Virus record (IMG/VR): IMGVR_UViG_3300032320_001728
Coordinates: 1-35,269 of that record
DNA: 35,269 nt
From: a virus
Taxonomy: Duplodnaviria; Caudoviricetes
Reading direction: 5' to 3' (one strand)
Shown here one piece after another: positions 1 through 10,949 of this stretch. A program made the translations under genes and the position numbers. The notes below the pieces were generated by a model. That model was not told the origin of the DNA. It did no database searches and saw only the letters and a program-made list of their open reading frames with translations. How positions within the stretch are numbered: the stretch's first letter is position 1; every line of letters begins with the position of its first letter.

Positions 1-1
1 A

Positions 2-3000
2 TCTAAAGAAGAAATAGCTTTAGGTATTTGGAATAAATATACTAATCAAGATGTTGAAGGTAGAGATGTTGATATTAATGATGAATTAGATATTAAATAT
101 ATAGATATTGATTCAGAAGTTAATTTAAATTCTAATGAACCTATAACTAATGTTAAATCAGAAGTAGAAGAATTTGTTAGTAGTAATAACCAATCAAATA
201 ATAATTCTTTATTTGGTTTAAATGCTACAAATCAAGAACAATTAGAATTTCACATAAATACTTTAAATGTAGTAGGGCAATTTCTTGAAAATATAGGAGT
301 ACAGAAAAGGCTTGTCTCAGAATTTTTAGCAGAAGATGGTTCTATTGTAGAAGGAGCAGTTGCCGCTGCTAATTTTATTGAAGGGACTGTTGATATTATA
401 GAAGATTTAGAAAAAAGACCTTCTGCTTGGAATAAATTACCAGAAGAAGCTGCCCATTTTTGGTATAGATTATTAGATATGAATTCCTCTTTAAAGGAGG
501 CTTTATTAACAGCATCATTAACTGATAGAAAAGAATCAGAATTAAAAGAATCTTTATATGGTAAAACTTATAATGTAAAAGTAATAGGAAAAATTGATTT
601 AAAAACAGGTAAACCTGTTTTATCACCAATAAGAGAAGAGGCTATTGGACAACTTATAGCAGAGGCTATAAAAAGAATTGAAGATAAAAATGCAGCACCA
701 AAAGATTATTCATTCTTTAAAAAGTTTTTAGAGTGGATTAATGGGCTTATAAATAAGTTTAAAAATATTGAACAAGATCCATTTGAAGTAGCTGCTATGA
801 AAATTCTTTCTTCAGATTTGTCAGATTTAATGACATGGGAAGAATATAGTAAATTAAATAATATAGTAAACTTTGCTGATGTTCTTACACAGCAATCTGT
901 GGCTCCTATTGATTATACTCTTATTGAAGATATTGGAGAAGTGTTTTATCCTTTTTTAGACGAAGATAATTTTTATTTTAAATATAAAGATGGAAAAACA
1001 AGTCCAGAGTTTAGAACAAAACAAGAATTAGATAATTGGGTATCGGTTAATGTTAAAGAACATGACCAAAGACAAAAAGCTATTATACAAGAAGTAAGAG
1101 ATAATGAAGTATTTTTTGATAGACTTCTTAATAAATCTTTTAGAAAAAAATCTAAATTTTTACCTAAAACTCTTAGAAAGTATTTTACTATACTTGATTC
1201 TCAAAATCTTATACCTTTAAAAGACTGGGACATAACTCAAGAATTAAAAGAAATTACTAAAAAACTATCTGAACAAGAAAAAAAACAAATAATACAAACT
1301 AATGGATATACTAATATTGCTCCCACTTTAAAAGTATTACCTAATTTATTACAAAAATATAAAAAAAATCCTATTGTATTGTCTGAATCTATTAAAATAG
1401 ATGGTGCTAAAAAACAAGAACTTTCTATTCTTGATGGTATTAAAGAAATGATTAAATTAGAAAATCCTAATTTAAGAACTATTACAGCGGAAGAATTTGT
1501 AGCAGAAGTACATAATTGGTTAAAAACTAATTATTTATTAGGTTTTGCTAATGAATTTGCTCATGATACTTATGGAGTTAATAACACTTTTGTATTAAAT
1601 AATAGTAAAGGATTAATAGACCCACAAATTAATCCTGCAACACTTACAGAAGATGATATTAGAAATATGACTCCAGAAAGGAGACAACAAATAGCTCAAT
1701 GGATGGGAATGACTAATAATAATAATAAAAATGTTTATCATAATAAAGTTAGTATACGTTTTAATGATACTTCACATGGTCGTTATGGTCAAGGAAATCG
1801 ACATTTTCAACTAAATGGTTATATACCTAGTGCTTTTGGCTCTTTAACATATTTTTATACAGGGAAAAATAAATGGAAAGATGCTGTTTTATTACATGAA
1901 ATACAAAATGATAATATAGAAGCTTTAAGAGAGTATGAAGCTGAAAAAGTAGATTTAGAAACTTCTTTGGGTAGATATTTACAAGACTTAAATCAAAATT
2001 TATTAGATAATATTACACAAATAGAATCTAATAGTAAAAAAGTAGTTAAATTAGCAGGTCAAAATCCTCCTAAACAACATACACAATTAAATTGGAGGTT
2101 AGAAGAATTAATAAATGTACCTTTAGAACAAGGTTTAAATCTTTTAAAACAAAGTCTTAATGAATCTATAGAATTATATAAATCTAATTTTCAATATTTT
2201 AATATTGAAAAAGCTCAAGATAAAATAGATGATATTTATACTCAAAAGAGGATATTTCAAGATTTTCAAAAAAAAGGAGGTATAAAATCTTTACTTAGTA
2301 AAAAAGAACTAGAAGGTTTAAAAAATATTCTTAATACATTAAATACAGAAGAAATTGAAGGTGAGGGTGAATGGAGTCCTGATGATAATGTAACATTTCC
2401 TGGAGAATGGGGGGTAAGAGATTTGAAACAAAAGAAAAAAGATTTTAAAAAGTTAGTTACTAATTTAGAAGTTGAGTTAAATAGTACTCTTGTTCAAATA
2501 TATGGAAATAAAATTCCTGCTATTACTTTATATCCTTCTATTAAACCAAGAACAAAAGCTCAAATAAGAAGAGGAGATCCTATAAATACATCTTTAAATG
2601 AAAATGTAAACTTTTTATTAGCTTTTTCTGAGCAGCAATTAAATAAAGAGCTTTCTAAAAATATAGGTGACGCTAAAAGAATGTATATTACAGCTAGAAA
2701 TGCTACAATGGCTTATAATTTTAATGTAAAGTTGTCTAAAATTACTCAAGAACAATATAATAATCTTATTGAAAATTATAAATATAATAGACAATTATTA
2801 GATAAATTGATTAATGAACAAGCCCAAAAAGACATTCAAAAAGAAAGTATAAATATTTCTAAATTGACTGATGCTGAAATTGAAAAAGATATTACAGGAG
2901 AATTTGAAGAACCTAATGAAATAGATGGTTTTGCAGGTAGTGGTTTTGTTTATAAAAATATTTATTTATCTTTAAATGCTACTACAAAAGAAAAAGCAGT

Positions 3001-6000
3001 TCAAGAAATTAGAGATAGAAATAATAAAGAAAAACAAATACAAAAACAACAAGAAGAATTTACAACCTTAAAACAAGAAGCATTAGCTAAAAAAGCAGAA
3101 TTAGAAAAAGATTATGGTAAAATAGAAGATAGAGTAAAGCAAACTTTAGAAATAGAAATGAATTACTTTACTCCTTTAGTTCACCATTTAATCCAAAAAC
3201 ATATTAATCAATATGGAAAAGATTTTCCTATGTATTTTAGCGGGTATAATATTACTGTGCTTACACAAAGTAATGAAAGAACTGCTTTAATATATGCTGG
3301 TAAAGATGAAGTAAATATTGTAGATAAAAGTAATTTTATATTCAATGGTATTAATTATAATTCAAATTGGGGGACAGGTTACAAACCATTAAGTCCTTTT
3401 GAGCCTTTTGATTATTTTAAAAATGGTTGGCAAGGTGAATTAATTACTCAACAAGAATACGAAAAAGCATATCAACAAGCTACTGAACAAAGAGCTAAAG
3501 AAATTAAATTTGAAGCTGCTCAACAAATAGGGTTAATTGAAACTAAAAGTACAGTTCCTTTTAGACAAGGAGAAGATATATCCTTGGAAGAAGGTATTAA
3601 ACGACTTAACGACTACAAAAAGAAATCTAAACAAAATTTAGATAGAGTGGTTAACACTATAATGAATATCAGTGGTAGTAAACCTATTGAAACAGGAGCT
3701 ATTTACAATGCTATGTCTCAAGTAAGTGGAGTTAAACTTATTTGGCAAGATAAAGTAGAGGGATTACAAAATAATGTTGGAGGATATTTAGTAGATTTAA
3801 GTAATTATAATTATAATGTTCCTGTATTATATGGGTTACAAAATAATAAAAAAGAAAAACAATTTTCTAAAGTAAGTTCTAAAAAAGGTTTAGTAAATCA
3901 AAATATACTAGCTGAGCAATCTTCTGAAACTCCTTTTAAAAATATACTGCAAAATATACTTAAAACAGGTAAAGTAGGTAATATGACAGACTTAGATTTA
4001 TTTTACGCTAAGTTATTATTAGATAATTTAAATACTTTTAATCCTACATTAAAAATAGCTAAATTAGAAGATGCTTTAGGTAGTATAAATGTAGCTACTC
4101 AAGTTATTACTTTAGATGAAGATTTAATAAAATCAGGTAATTATGAAGCTGTTGTACAAACAGTATTACACGAAGTTGGGCATGGGTTTTTATTATTCCC
4201 ATTTTCAGCAGTAAGTGGTGAGTTAAACGAAGCAGATAGAATGTTTAAATTAACAGTAAATAATCTATTTGCTAATTACAAAGCTAAACATAAAGCAGCA
4301 AATAAAAGATTTGGAGATGATGTTAAAAATGGTTTTAAAGATGTTGAAGAATTTTTAGCTGAATTTATATCTAGTAAAACTTTTAGAGAATATTTATATG
4401 ATTTAGATAGAACTTTATTACAAAGAATATGGGATAGTATTAAAACATTTTTTAAATATAAAGTAACTAGAAAAGAGTCTAATGATTATAAAGCTTTAGA
4501 TACTATTATTAATAGTTATATCTTAAATGGTAAAACAATTAATACTTTAAAGTTTAAACATCAATTAAAAAGAACTGTTTTTAACAAAAATAAAGCTAGT
4601 ACTTTACAAGATGTTAAAGCTAATATTATTAAAGAGATTGATAGGTTAATGATTGATTTAAGAGATAAGTCTTATGGTAGTAGTACTTTAAAAAAACTTA
4701 ATCAGTTACAAGATCAACTTTTAGATGTTTCTGAAGAAACAGCAATAGATTTATATTTAGAAAGAGTAGAGAGTATATTTTCTAAAACTGTAGCAAAATT
4801 TAATGCTATAGAAAAAGACTTACATAATATAGATGATTGGGATGTTGAAAAGTTTACTGATTTGTTTTATACTATGAATATGTATAAATCATATTTAAAA
4901 AACTTTAATATGTGGGATGCTGGAGATGAACAATCTATAACAGAGTTTCTTAGAGCTAATGATATGCCTATAGATTCTAGAATAGATTTACTAGCAGGTA
5001 AAAAAAGAAGTATTGATTTTTTATATTCTAGAATAGCTGTTAAATTAGTTAGTAGAAGTTTAGCTAGTAAAGAATTATTAGATGAATTAAATGCTAACAT
5101 AACTGATGTAAATAAAAAAATTACTTATGAGCAATTAGAACAGTCTTTAAAATATTTAACTGATGTACAAGATATTAATGCTCCTAGTTTACAAGCTGAA
5201 GCAGCTATTAATAGTAAAGATTTAATTACAGCTTTAGTAGCTAATAAAATTAAGTCTGCTTTAAATGATGCTATTGAAGAAGATATTAATTTAGAATCTA
5301 AATTATCTTTATTATATAACAAAGCTTTTTCTAGAATTGAAAGTACAGTAAATAGTTTTAAATCTCTTTTTGGTAAATACATACATGAAGTTGAATATTT
5401 AGAACATACTGATTATGATGATAGTAAAAATAAAGTATATTCTAAAGTTAAGAAAAAAGCTTTTATTACTGAAATAGATTATTCTAAATATCAAGCTAAT
5501 AAAAATGCTTTTTACGCTTCTTTAGAAAAATTACCTGAATTACCTAAAGCTGGTGATGAAGATTATCAAATTCTAATTAGAGATTATAGAGAAATTAAAG
5601 CTCGTAATAATATAAAAATATCTTTATGGTCTAAACAAAATGAAGAGCTTCATCCAGATTATCAAAAAATTATGGATAAAAAGAAAGAATATCTATCTCC
5701 TGAAGAATACAATGATTGGTTTAAAACTAATACAGACACTCTTAATGGTGATTTTAAAGTACCTGAATCTAGAAAAGATAAGTTAATAGGTCAAAATGAA
5801 AATGGTGATTGGATTATAGCTAAAAAAGAATTAGTAACCCCTAAAAAATCTATGTATACTAATCCTAAATGGGCTAGTGTTAAAGATGATAAATTTTATA
5901 TAGCTTTATTAGATGCTTATAATGAAGCTAATATGAAATTACCAAAATCTAAAAGATTGAAATATGGAGTAATACCACAAAGACCTAAGTCTTGGAAAGA

Positions 6001-7762
6001 ATATACTATTGAAGGTAAAGTACCTAAAAATCGTCTTACAGGTAAAGGTGCTAAAGAGTTAGATGAAAAATGGGGTAAAAATTATACAGAAGTTGAAGAA
6101 AAAGAATTTTGGAATGCTGGTTTACATACTATAGATACTAAAAGTTATTTACCTATATACTATACTTCTAGTATAGATGAAGATGATGTTAGTATGGATA
6201 TATTACAAAGTGTTTTAAAGTTTGCTAGTAGTAGTAATAAGTTTTCAGCATTTTATAAAATAAACCCTGAAATAAGCCTTATGAAAGACGTTGTGTTTGG
6301 TACTAATGTTATTGATAGGATGGAAGGTAGATATACTATTAAAACTGATAATAAAGGCAATCCAACTGGAGAAAAAATTAATGTAACTACAAGAGCTAAT
6401 GAGCAACTTATGAGCTTTTTAGAAAATTCATTTTATAATACTAAATTAGAAAGTCCAAAAGCTGCTAGAATTGCTTCTAATATAACTGGATTTACTTCTT
6501 TTGTACAATTAGGAGGAAATTTAATAAGTTCTATACCTAATGCTATTTATGCTAATTTTGTAGTGGCTCAAGAAGCTATATTTAGTAAGCATTTTGGAGG
6601 TAAAGGAGATTTAGTTAAAGCTCATGCTATAGTTACTGGGTCATTAGTACATGATTTAGCTAAATTTTCTGGAGCAGTAGAGCATGTTGATAGTAAAACA
6701 GCTTATTTAGCTAAATTGTATCAAGCTGTTCAAGGTAATCATCAAAATGAATTTGGTGAAAATGCTAGTAATAAAATGATGAATAATTTGTTTAGTCAAA
6801 ATTCTTTTTTTATTTTATACTCTATACCTGAATATGAAATACAAACAACTACAATGGTTGCTATGATGTTAAAAACTATGGTTAAAACTAAATCAGGTGA
6901 GTCTATTAGTTTATGGGATGCTTATGAGCAAGATGAAACAGGTAGAGTAGCTTTAAAACCTGGTGTTATTTTTACTAAAGATCAAAGAAATACATTAATT
7001 GGTAAATTACATAAAGCTAATAAAGAACTACATGGTAACTACAATAAGTTTGATACTCCTAAATTAAAAAGAATATGGTATGGTAAATTTTTATTCCAAT
7101 TTAGAAACCATATATTTGAAGGATTTAAACGTAGATTTGTTAAAGAGTACTTTGATGTAGAAGCAAGAGAATATAAAAAAGGTTATTATAGAAGTGGTAT
7201 AGACGCAGGTTTAAATGCTTTAACTCACGCTTATATAGGTTTAGTAAAATTAATGGAATTAGCTGGAGTACAAATGGATAAAGATAAATATAAATTTGCT
7301 AAATTGTCTGCTCCAGATAAATTAGATAGTTATAAAATGATGGTAGATGTAGCTTCTGTAATTGGATTATATTTTATAATAGTAGGTTTACAAGCTATGG
7401 CTAAAGCTGGAGATGATGATGATGAATTAATTTATTATGCTATTACTACTGCTAAAAAAGTACAAACAGATATAAGTTTTTATTGGTTAATTGATTATGA
7501 TGCTGTAATTAAACAAGTTAGAAATCCTGCTGTTGTTATGACATTTGCTGAAAACTTACTTAAAGGTACTGAGTTATTAATTAAAGCTTCTTATCAAGAT
7601 CCTAATGACCCTGAACAAACTAGTTATTATAAAATTGATACAGGTAGATATAAAAAAGGAGATTTAAAAGCTAAAAAACATTTATATAAAGCAATACCTT
7701 TATTAAATCAATATGAAAGAGATGTTAAAGAAGTTGCTGAATGGTATTTACATCCTAACTAA
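2..7762 (+). CDS. Giant virion/ejection-type polyvalent protein (5'-truncated) with zincin-like metalloprotease motifs
   Basis: Frame is open from position 2 (SKEEIALGIW...LPEEAAHFWYRLLD) into the 2427-aa ORF, so the true start lies upstream of the window. EEAAH at 443-457; HEVGH at 4169-4183 followed by EEFLAEF; hydrophobic segment VASVIGLYFIIVGLQAMA near the C-terminus. Size and position resemble the giant ejected proteins of crAss-like phages. Confidence 0.75.
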   Translation, partial: SKEEIALGIWNKYTNQDVEGRDVDINDELDIKYIDIDSEVNLNSNEPITNVKSEVEEFVSSNNQSNNNSLFGLNATNQEQLEFHINTLNVVGQFLENIGVQKRLVSEFLAEDGSIVEGAVAAANFIEGTVDIIEDLEKRPSAWNKLPEEAAHFWYRLLDMNSSLKEALLTASLTDRKESELKESLYGKTYNVKVIGKIDLKTGKPVLSPIREEAIGQLIAEAIKRIEDKNAAPKDYSFFKKFLEWINGLINKFKNIEQDPFEVAAMKILSSDLSDLMTWEEYSKLNNIVNFADVLTQQSVAPIDYTLIEDIGEVFYPFLDEDNFYFKYKDGKTSPEFRTKQELDNWVSVNVKEHDQRQKAIIQEVRDNEVFFDRLLNKSFRKKSKFLPKTLRKYFTILDSQNLIPLKDWDITQELKEITKKLSEQEKKQIIQTNGYTNIAPTLKVLPNLLQKYKKNPIVLSESIKIDGAKKQELSILDGIKEMIKLENPNLRTITAEEFVAEVHNWLKTNYLLGFANEFAHDTYGVNNTFVLNNSKGLIDPQINPATLTEDDIRNMTPERRQQIAQWMGMTNNNNKNVYHNKVSIRFNDTSHGRYGQGNRHFQLNGYIPSAFGSLTYFYTGKNKWKDAVLLHEIQNDNIEALREYEAEKVDLETSLGRYLQDLNQNLLDNITQIESNSKKVVKLAGQNPPKQHTQLNWRLEELINVPLEQGLNLLKQSLNESIELYKSNFQYFNIEKAQDKIDDIYTQKRIFQDFQKKGGIKSLLSKKELEGLKNILNTLNTEEIEGEGEWSPDDNVTFPGEWGVRDLKQKKKDFKKLVTNLEVELNSTLVQIYGNKIPAITLYPSIKPRTKAQIRRGDPINTSLNENVNFLLAFSEQQLNKELSKNIGDAKRMYITARNATMAYNFNVKLSKITQEQYNNLIENYKYNRQLLDKLINEQAQKDIQKESINISKLTDAEIEKDITGEFEEPNEIDGFAGSGFVYKNIYLSLNATTKEKAVQEIRDRNNKEKQIQKQQEEFTTLKQEALAKKAELEKDYGKIEDRVKQTLEIEMNYFTPLVHHLIQKHINQYGKDFPMYFSGYNITVLTQSNERTALIYAGKDEVNIVDKSNFIFNGINYNSNWGTGYKPLSPFEPFDYFKNGWQGELITQQEYEKAYQQATEQRAKEIKFEAAQQIGLIETKSTVPFRQGEDISLEEGIKRLNDYKKKSKQNLDRVVNTIMNISGSKPIETGAIYNAMSQVSGVKLIWQDKVEGLQNNVGGYLVDLSNYNYNVPVLYGLQNNKKEKQFSKVSSKKGLVNQNILAEQSSETPFKNILQNILKTGKVGNMTDLDLFYAKLLLDNLNTFNPTLKIAKLEDALGSINVATQVITLDEDLIKSGNYEAVVQTVLHEVGHGFLLFPFSAVSGELNEADRMFKLTVNNLFANYKAKHKAANKRFGDDVKNGFKDVEEFLAEFISSKTFREYLYDLDRTLLQRIWDSIKTFFKYKVTRKESNDYKALDTIINSYILNGKTINTLKFKHQLKRTVFNKNKASTLQDVKANIIKEIDRLMIDLRDKSYGSSTLKKLNQLQDQLLDVSEETAIDLYLERVESIFSKTVAKFNAIEKDLHNIDDWDVEKFTDLFYTMNMYKSYLKNFNMWDAGDEQSITEFLRANDMPIDSRIDLLAGKKRSIDFLYSRIAVKLVSRSLASKELLDELNANITDVNKKITYEQLEQSLKYLTDVQDINAPSLQAEAAINSKDLITALVANKIKSALNDAIEEDINLESKLSLLYNKAFSRIESTVNSFKSLFGKYIHEVEYLEHTDYDDSKNKVYSKVKKKAFITEIDYSKYQANKNAFYASLEKLPELPKAGDEDYQILIRDYREIKARNNIKISLWSKQNEELHPDYQKIMDKKKEYLSPEEYNDWFKTNTDTLNGDFKVPESRKDKLIGQNENGDWIIAKKELVTPKKSMYTNPKWASVKDDKFYIALLDAYNEANMKLPKSKRLKYGVIPQRPKSWKEYTIEGKVPKNRLTGKGAKELDEKWGKNYTEVEEKEFWNAGLHTIDTKSYLPIYYTSSIDEDDVSMDILQSVLKFASSSNKFSAFYKINPEISLMKDVVFGTNVIDRMEGRYTIKTDNKGNPTGEKINVTTRANEQLMSFLENSFYNTKLESPKAARIASNITGFTSFVQLGGNLISSIPNAIYANFVVAQEAIFSKHFGGKGDLVKAHAIVTGSLVHDLAKFSGAVEHVDSKTAYLAKLYQAVQGNHQNEFGENASNKMMNNLFSQNSFFILYSIPEYEIQTTTMVAMMLKTMVKTKSGESISLWDAYEQDETGRVALKPGVIFTKDQRNTLIGKLHKANKELHGNYNKFDTPKLKRIWYGKFLFQFRNHIFEGFKRRFVKEYFDVEAREYKKGYYRSGIDAGLNALTHAYIGLVKLMELAGVQMDKDKYKFAKLSAPDKLDSYKMMVDVASVIGLYFIIVGLQAMAKAGDDDDELIYYAITTAKKVQTDISFYWLIDYDAVIKQVRNPAVVMTFAENLLKGTELLIKASYQDPNDPEQTSYYKIDTGRYKKGDLKAKKHLYKAIPLLNQYERDVKEVAEWYLHPN

Positions 7763-7782
7763 AAAGATAAAGTTACCAAGAT

Positions 7783-7828
7783 AAAAAAAAGACAGGCGGG
7801 GGTTTAATCCTACCTGTCTTAATTTTTT
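7783..7828. terminator. Bidirectional rho-independent terminator between convergent gene blocks
   Basis: AAGACAGG (7789-7796) pairs with CCTGTCTT (7813-7820), extended inward by GGG/CCT. A8 run on the left and T run on the right. Lies between the convergent stops at 7762 and 7827. Confidence 0.85.
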
Positions 7829-8060
7829 ATTGATTAGTCAACTCTTTATGTCTTGTATTCCTAGCTTTATAGGCTTTTGTAATGCTATTAAATGTACCAA
7901 CATATACTTGCTTACCTCCAAAATAAATATATGTCCTATAACTAGGATTATCTTTATTTTTATTATGTAAGTAAATACCTTTTGGTAACCTGTCTCCTAA
8001 AGATGTAACTCTTTTACCATCTTTCTTTGTCTTAACTGTAACTAATTTTGCTTTCTTCAT
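7827..8060 (-). CDS. Small stand-alone AP2-like DNA-binding protein
   Basis: KGIYL...YRTYIYFGGKQVYVGTFNSITKAYKARN matches the AP2 pattern (GV...W.A.I....K..yLG.F.t.eeAa.Ar). Basic N-terminus. Confidence 0.6.
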   Translation of the reverse strand: MKKAKLVTVKTKKDGKRVTSLGDRLPKGIYLHNKNKDNPSYRTYIYFGGKQVYVGTFNSITKAYKARNTRHKELTNQ

Positions 8061-8061
8061 C

Positions 8062-8295
8062 TTATTCTAAATTTAATTCATCATTGTACATTGTATCTTC
8101 ACCATCATCTAAATTAAGAACCTCTTCTTCAAATTCTGGCTCAGCTTCTTCTATCATTATATAATAAACTTTTTTATTATTCATAGTAACATATACAGTA
8201 TTACCTGCTGCTACATCTATTGATTTAACATCATCTGTATTAAAAGGTAGTTTCATACTACCTATAAGTTTTTCATAAAATTCTCTACCTTCCAT
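8062..8295 (-). CDS. Hypothetical acidic protein
   Basis: 77-aa ORF packed with 1-nt gaps to its neighbours; acidic tail. Confidence 0.7.
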   Translation of the reverse strand: MEGREFYEKLIGSMKLPFNTDDVKSIDVAAGNTVYVTMNNKKVYYIMIEEAEPEFEEEVLNLDDGEDTMYNDELNLE

Positions 8296-8296
8296 T

Positions 8297-8539
8297 TTAT
8301 CTATTTTTAAAAAATATTCTTAATGTGTTTAATATAGTAGGTTCTAGCTTTAATATATAAAACTTTTTAGTTTCATAATTAAATCTAACTACTTCTCCAT
8401 TATAATCTCTAAACTGTTTAGCTGTACAAAATCTACAACTAACAGTTTTACCTTTATCTGAAGCTATTTTATGTTTAGTATTATTAGTATAAAATAAAAA
8501 TAATGGTAGAGTATATTCACATCTGTAACATTTTTTCAT
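8297..8539 (-). CDS. Hypothetical small zinc-finger-like protein
   Basis: CYRC ... CRFC pair; tight operon packing. Confidence 0.65.
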   Translation of the reverse strand: MKKCYRCEYTLPLFLFYTNNTKHKIASDKGKTVSCRFCTAKQFRDYNGEVVRFNYETKKFYILKLEPTILNTLRIFFKNR

Positions 8540-8540
8540 T

Positions 8541-8978
8541 TTATTTTATTAACTCAGCTATTAATTTAGCTTTATCAATAGTAGATAGTTTCTTATTATC
8601 TACTAATTTTAATACAGAAAAAGCTTTAAAAGTATCTGCATCATATTCTTCTAGTTTATGCTCATTCATAAAATCTAGTTTAGAATTTAATTCAGCTATT
8701 TCTTCTTTTAAAGATTTAATTTTAGATGTTAATTCTTCTTTAGTAATAACAGAAGATACTATCTCATCTCCATAAACATATCCACAATTAGTAAGTCCAG
8801 GTGATGAGATGTTATATTTACCACCCCAAGAAGTATATTGTTTACTATTTCCTGTTATATCAGCAATAATTGTAAACTCCATATCAGGATAAGAATGATA
8901 GTTTAAATATCCATTACCACTTTTATTACTTGCTTTACCAGCAGATCTTACTTTATCTCCTACTTTAAATTTTATCAT
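8541..8978 (-). CDS. Hypothetical protein (N-terminal FKVGDKV motif, C-terminal coiled coil)
   Basis: The ORF track starts at 9023, but MIKFKVGDKVR at 8978 follows the RNR stop and an A-rich leader and is the more likely start. Confidence 0.7.
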   Translation of the reverse strand: MIKFKVGDKVRSAGKASNKSGNGYLNYHSYPDMEFTIIADITGNSKQYTSWGGKYNISSPGLTNCGYVYGDEIVSSVITKEELTSKIKSLKEEIAELNSKLDFMNEHKLEEYDADTFKAFSVLKLVDNKKLSTIDKAKLIAELIK

Positions 8979-8994
8979 ATTTAATTTATTTAAT

Positions 8995-10938
8995 TTATTT
9001 AATTTCACAATTATCCCCAGCACATGCTAGTTCATTAGCTAAAGTTGTATTATCATCTATTTCAATAACCTTAGTTAAATCTATATGTGATAATGACTTT
9101 AACATATCTTCATATTGTTCTTTAGATATATTTTCAAATGGTGCTTGTATATAACTACCTCCATCAAAAGGTAATACACTTAAACCATTAAAATAATCTC
9201 TATTATTCCACATCCATTCTCCTACAACTTCCCATTCATCAAAAGTTTTTAAAGGTGAACTAGCTACTTTTACAAAAGTTTTTTCAGGTGTTAAATGATA
9301 AATACTATTTTTATCAATACTTACAGTAGCAGATATATTATGAGAATTATCTCCTTTTATATGACCAGGTTTAACCCAAGTTTGATAAAAGTGTTTAACT
9401 CTTTCTAATAGATCTAAAGCACTTTCTTTATCTCTAATAATAGAATTATCAGGAGCTTTAATAGGAACCTCTATAACAGCTGAATTAGGCATTAAAACCA
9501 TATCCTTAATTAGTTCAGGATGATAGATTTTAAAATAAGTATATAAAGCTTCAGATTTATTAACTTGCATCCTTCTAATGTAATAATCATTATGCCAAGC
9601 ATGAATACCTGAACTAGTACCTAATACTAAGCTTGTAGTTCCACTTGGTTTAATACAAGTAGTTCTAGCAGCTTGATTAATACCAATAAAAGTACTAAGC
9701 TTTTTATTTTCTTCAATTACTATATTAGTAGCTTCAGTTAAGTTTAATTTCTCTAATTTATTACTACCTATTCCTGTAATACCTATACCAATTAAAGCAT
9801 CTTTTTCAGTTGTTTTTTGCCATATAGGTCTTAGATAATGGAAGTTTGTAAATCCTGCTTGTAATGTACCAAAGAAAGAAGCAACTCTAGCTCTATCATT
9901 TAAGTCTTCTTGTGAAACAATGTTATCAGCATTAATCTCACATAAGTTACAAAACTGATAAGGTCTTAATGCAATTTCTACACAAGGATTTGTACCCCAA
10001 TCTGGATTATTAGTAAAGTATATTCCAGGTTCACCTGAATTACTAGCTTCTATTTTAGCCCAAAGGTTTAAGAAAAACTCTTTAGATATTTTATGCCTTA
10101 CTAATACAGCTGAGTTATTAGCTCTACCTCTCTGAGGATTAGTTTCCCACCAATTACCAAACTTACAAGTAAGCATATCTTCACTATTAGCACTAAATAA
10201 GCAAATTAATGCTGCTCTTCTAATGCCTCCAGCTAATACAGAATCTGCTATATGACATATAATATCATGTACTTCTAAATCTGTTAGTTTTTCACCATCT
10301 TTCTTTCTTTCAAGTATTTGCTCTATTTCAAACAAACATCTTTTAAGTGGTTCAGGACCAGGAGCTTTCCCTCCAGCTGTTACTAATCTAGCACCTTTTT
10401 CTCTAATATCAGAATAATCAAATTTAGGTTTAGTATTTCTAAGTCCGAAATAACTAGCCATAAGATGTCTTACAGCATCACTCCAACCTTCTATACTATC
10501 CCCAATTAGATATTTCTGTTCTTTATTAGGTTTTCTAATCTCAGGTAATTTATCTATATGATTACTTTGTACAGAATAACCTACTCCAGTACCTCCAAGC
10601 AATAGAAACATTACCTCACTAAAAGCTCTGTAATCATCTATTGGTAAATAACAGCAGTTATATATCCTAGATTCAGTCTTTTCAATAGCTTGTCCAGCAA
10701 ATTGTAAAGCTCTCATACTAGGTAAAACTTTTTTGTCATAAATAAACTTACTATTTTCTCTAATCTCAGAGTCTAATTTAGGATACCTTTTAAGCATCAT
10801 AGTAGTATATCTATCTATGATTTCTGTATAAGTTTCTCTTCTCTGTAATTTAGGTAAATACTTAGCGTATTTATTAAACACTACAACATCACTTAAGATG
10901 TCTATTGATTCATTAATATTATTTTTTCTTTCTTCCAT
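8995..10938 (-). CDS. nrdJ: Class II (adenosylcobalamin-dependent) ribonucleotide reductase
   Basis: PSMRAL, YNCCY, GGTGVG, RRAAL, GEPG, TNPCVEI (thiyl Cys), FCNL, KPSGT and C-terminal CAGDNC. No small subunit gene nearby. Confidence 0.9.
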   Translation of the reverse strand: MEERKNNINESIDILSDVVVFNKYAKYLPKLQRRETYTEIIDRYTTMMLKRYPKLDSEIRENSKFIYDKKVLPSMRALQFAGQAIEKTESRIYNCCYLPIDDYRAFSEVMFLLLGGTGVGYSVQSNHIDKLPEIRKPNKEQKYLIGDSIEGWSDAVRHLMASYFGLRNTKPKFDYSDIREKGARLVTAGGKAPGPEPLKRCLFEIEQILERKKDGEKLTDLEVHDIICHIADSVLAGGIRRAALICLFSANSEDMLTCKFGNWWETNPQRGRANNSAVLVRHKISKEFFLNLWAKIEASNSGEPGIYFTNNPDWGTNPCVEIALRPYQFCNLCEINADNIVSQEDLNDRARVASFFGTLQAGFTNFHYLRPIWQKTTEKDALIGIGITGIGSNKLEKLNLTEATNIVIEENKKLSTFIGINQAARTTCIKPSGTTSLVLGTSSGIHAWHNDYYIRRMQVNKSEALYTYFKIYHPELIKDMVLMPNSAVIEVPIKAPDNSIIRDKESALDLLERVKHFYQTWVKPGHIKGDNSHNISATVSIDKNSIYHLTPEKTFVKVASSPLKTFDEWEVVGEWMWNNRDYFNGLSVLPFDGGSYIQAPFENISKEQYEDMLKSLSHIDLTKVIEIDDNTTLANELACAGDNCEIK

Positions 10939-10949
10939 TCACAAAATTT

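Noticed and set aside
396-5382. Minus-strand ORFs 396-629, 4867-5100, 5125-5382
   Set aside because: Antisense shadows of the giant protein with no motifs.
2-7762. Virion RNA polymerase catalytic subunit
   Set aside because: No DxDxD/DFDID-type catalytic motif recognised in the visible part of the protein.
8979-9005. ATTTAATTT x3 tandem repeat
   Set aside because: Low-complexity A-rich leader between the nrdJ stop and the next start; not a CRISPR or iteron array.
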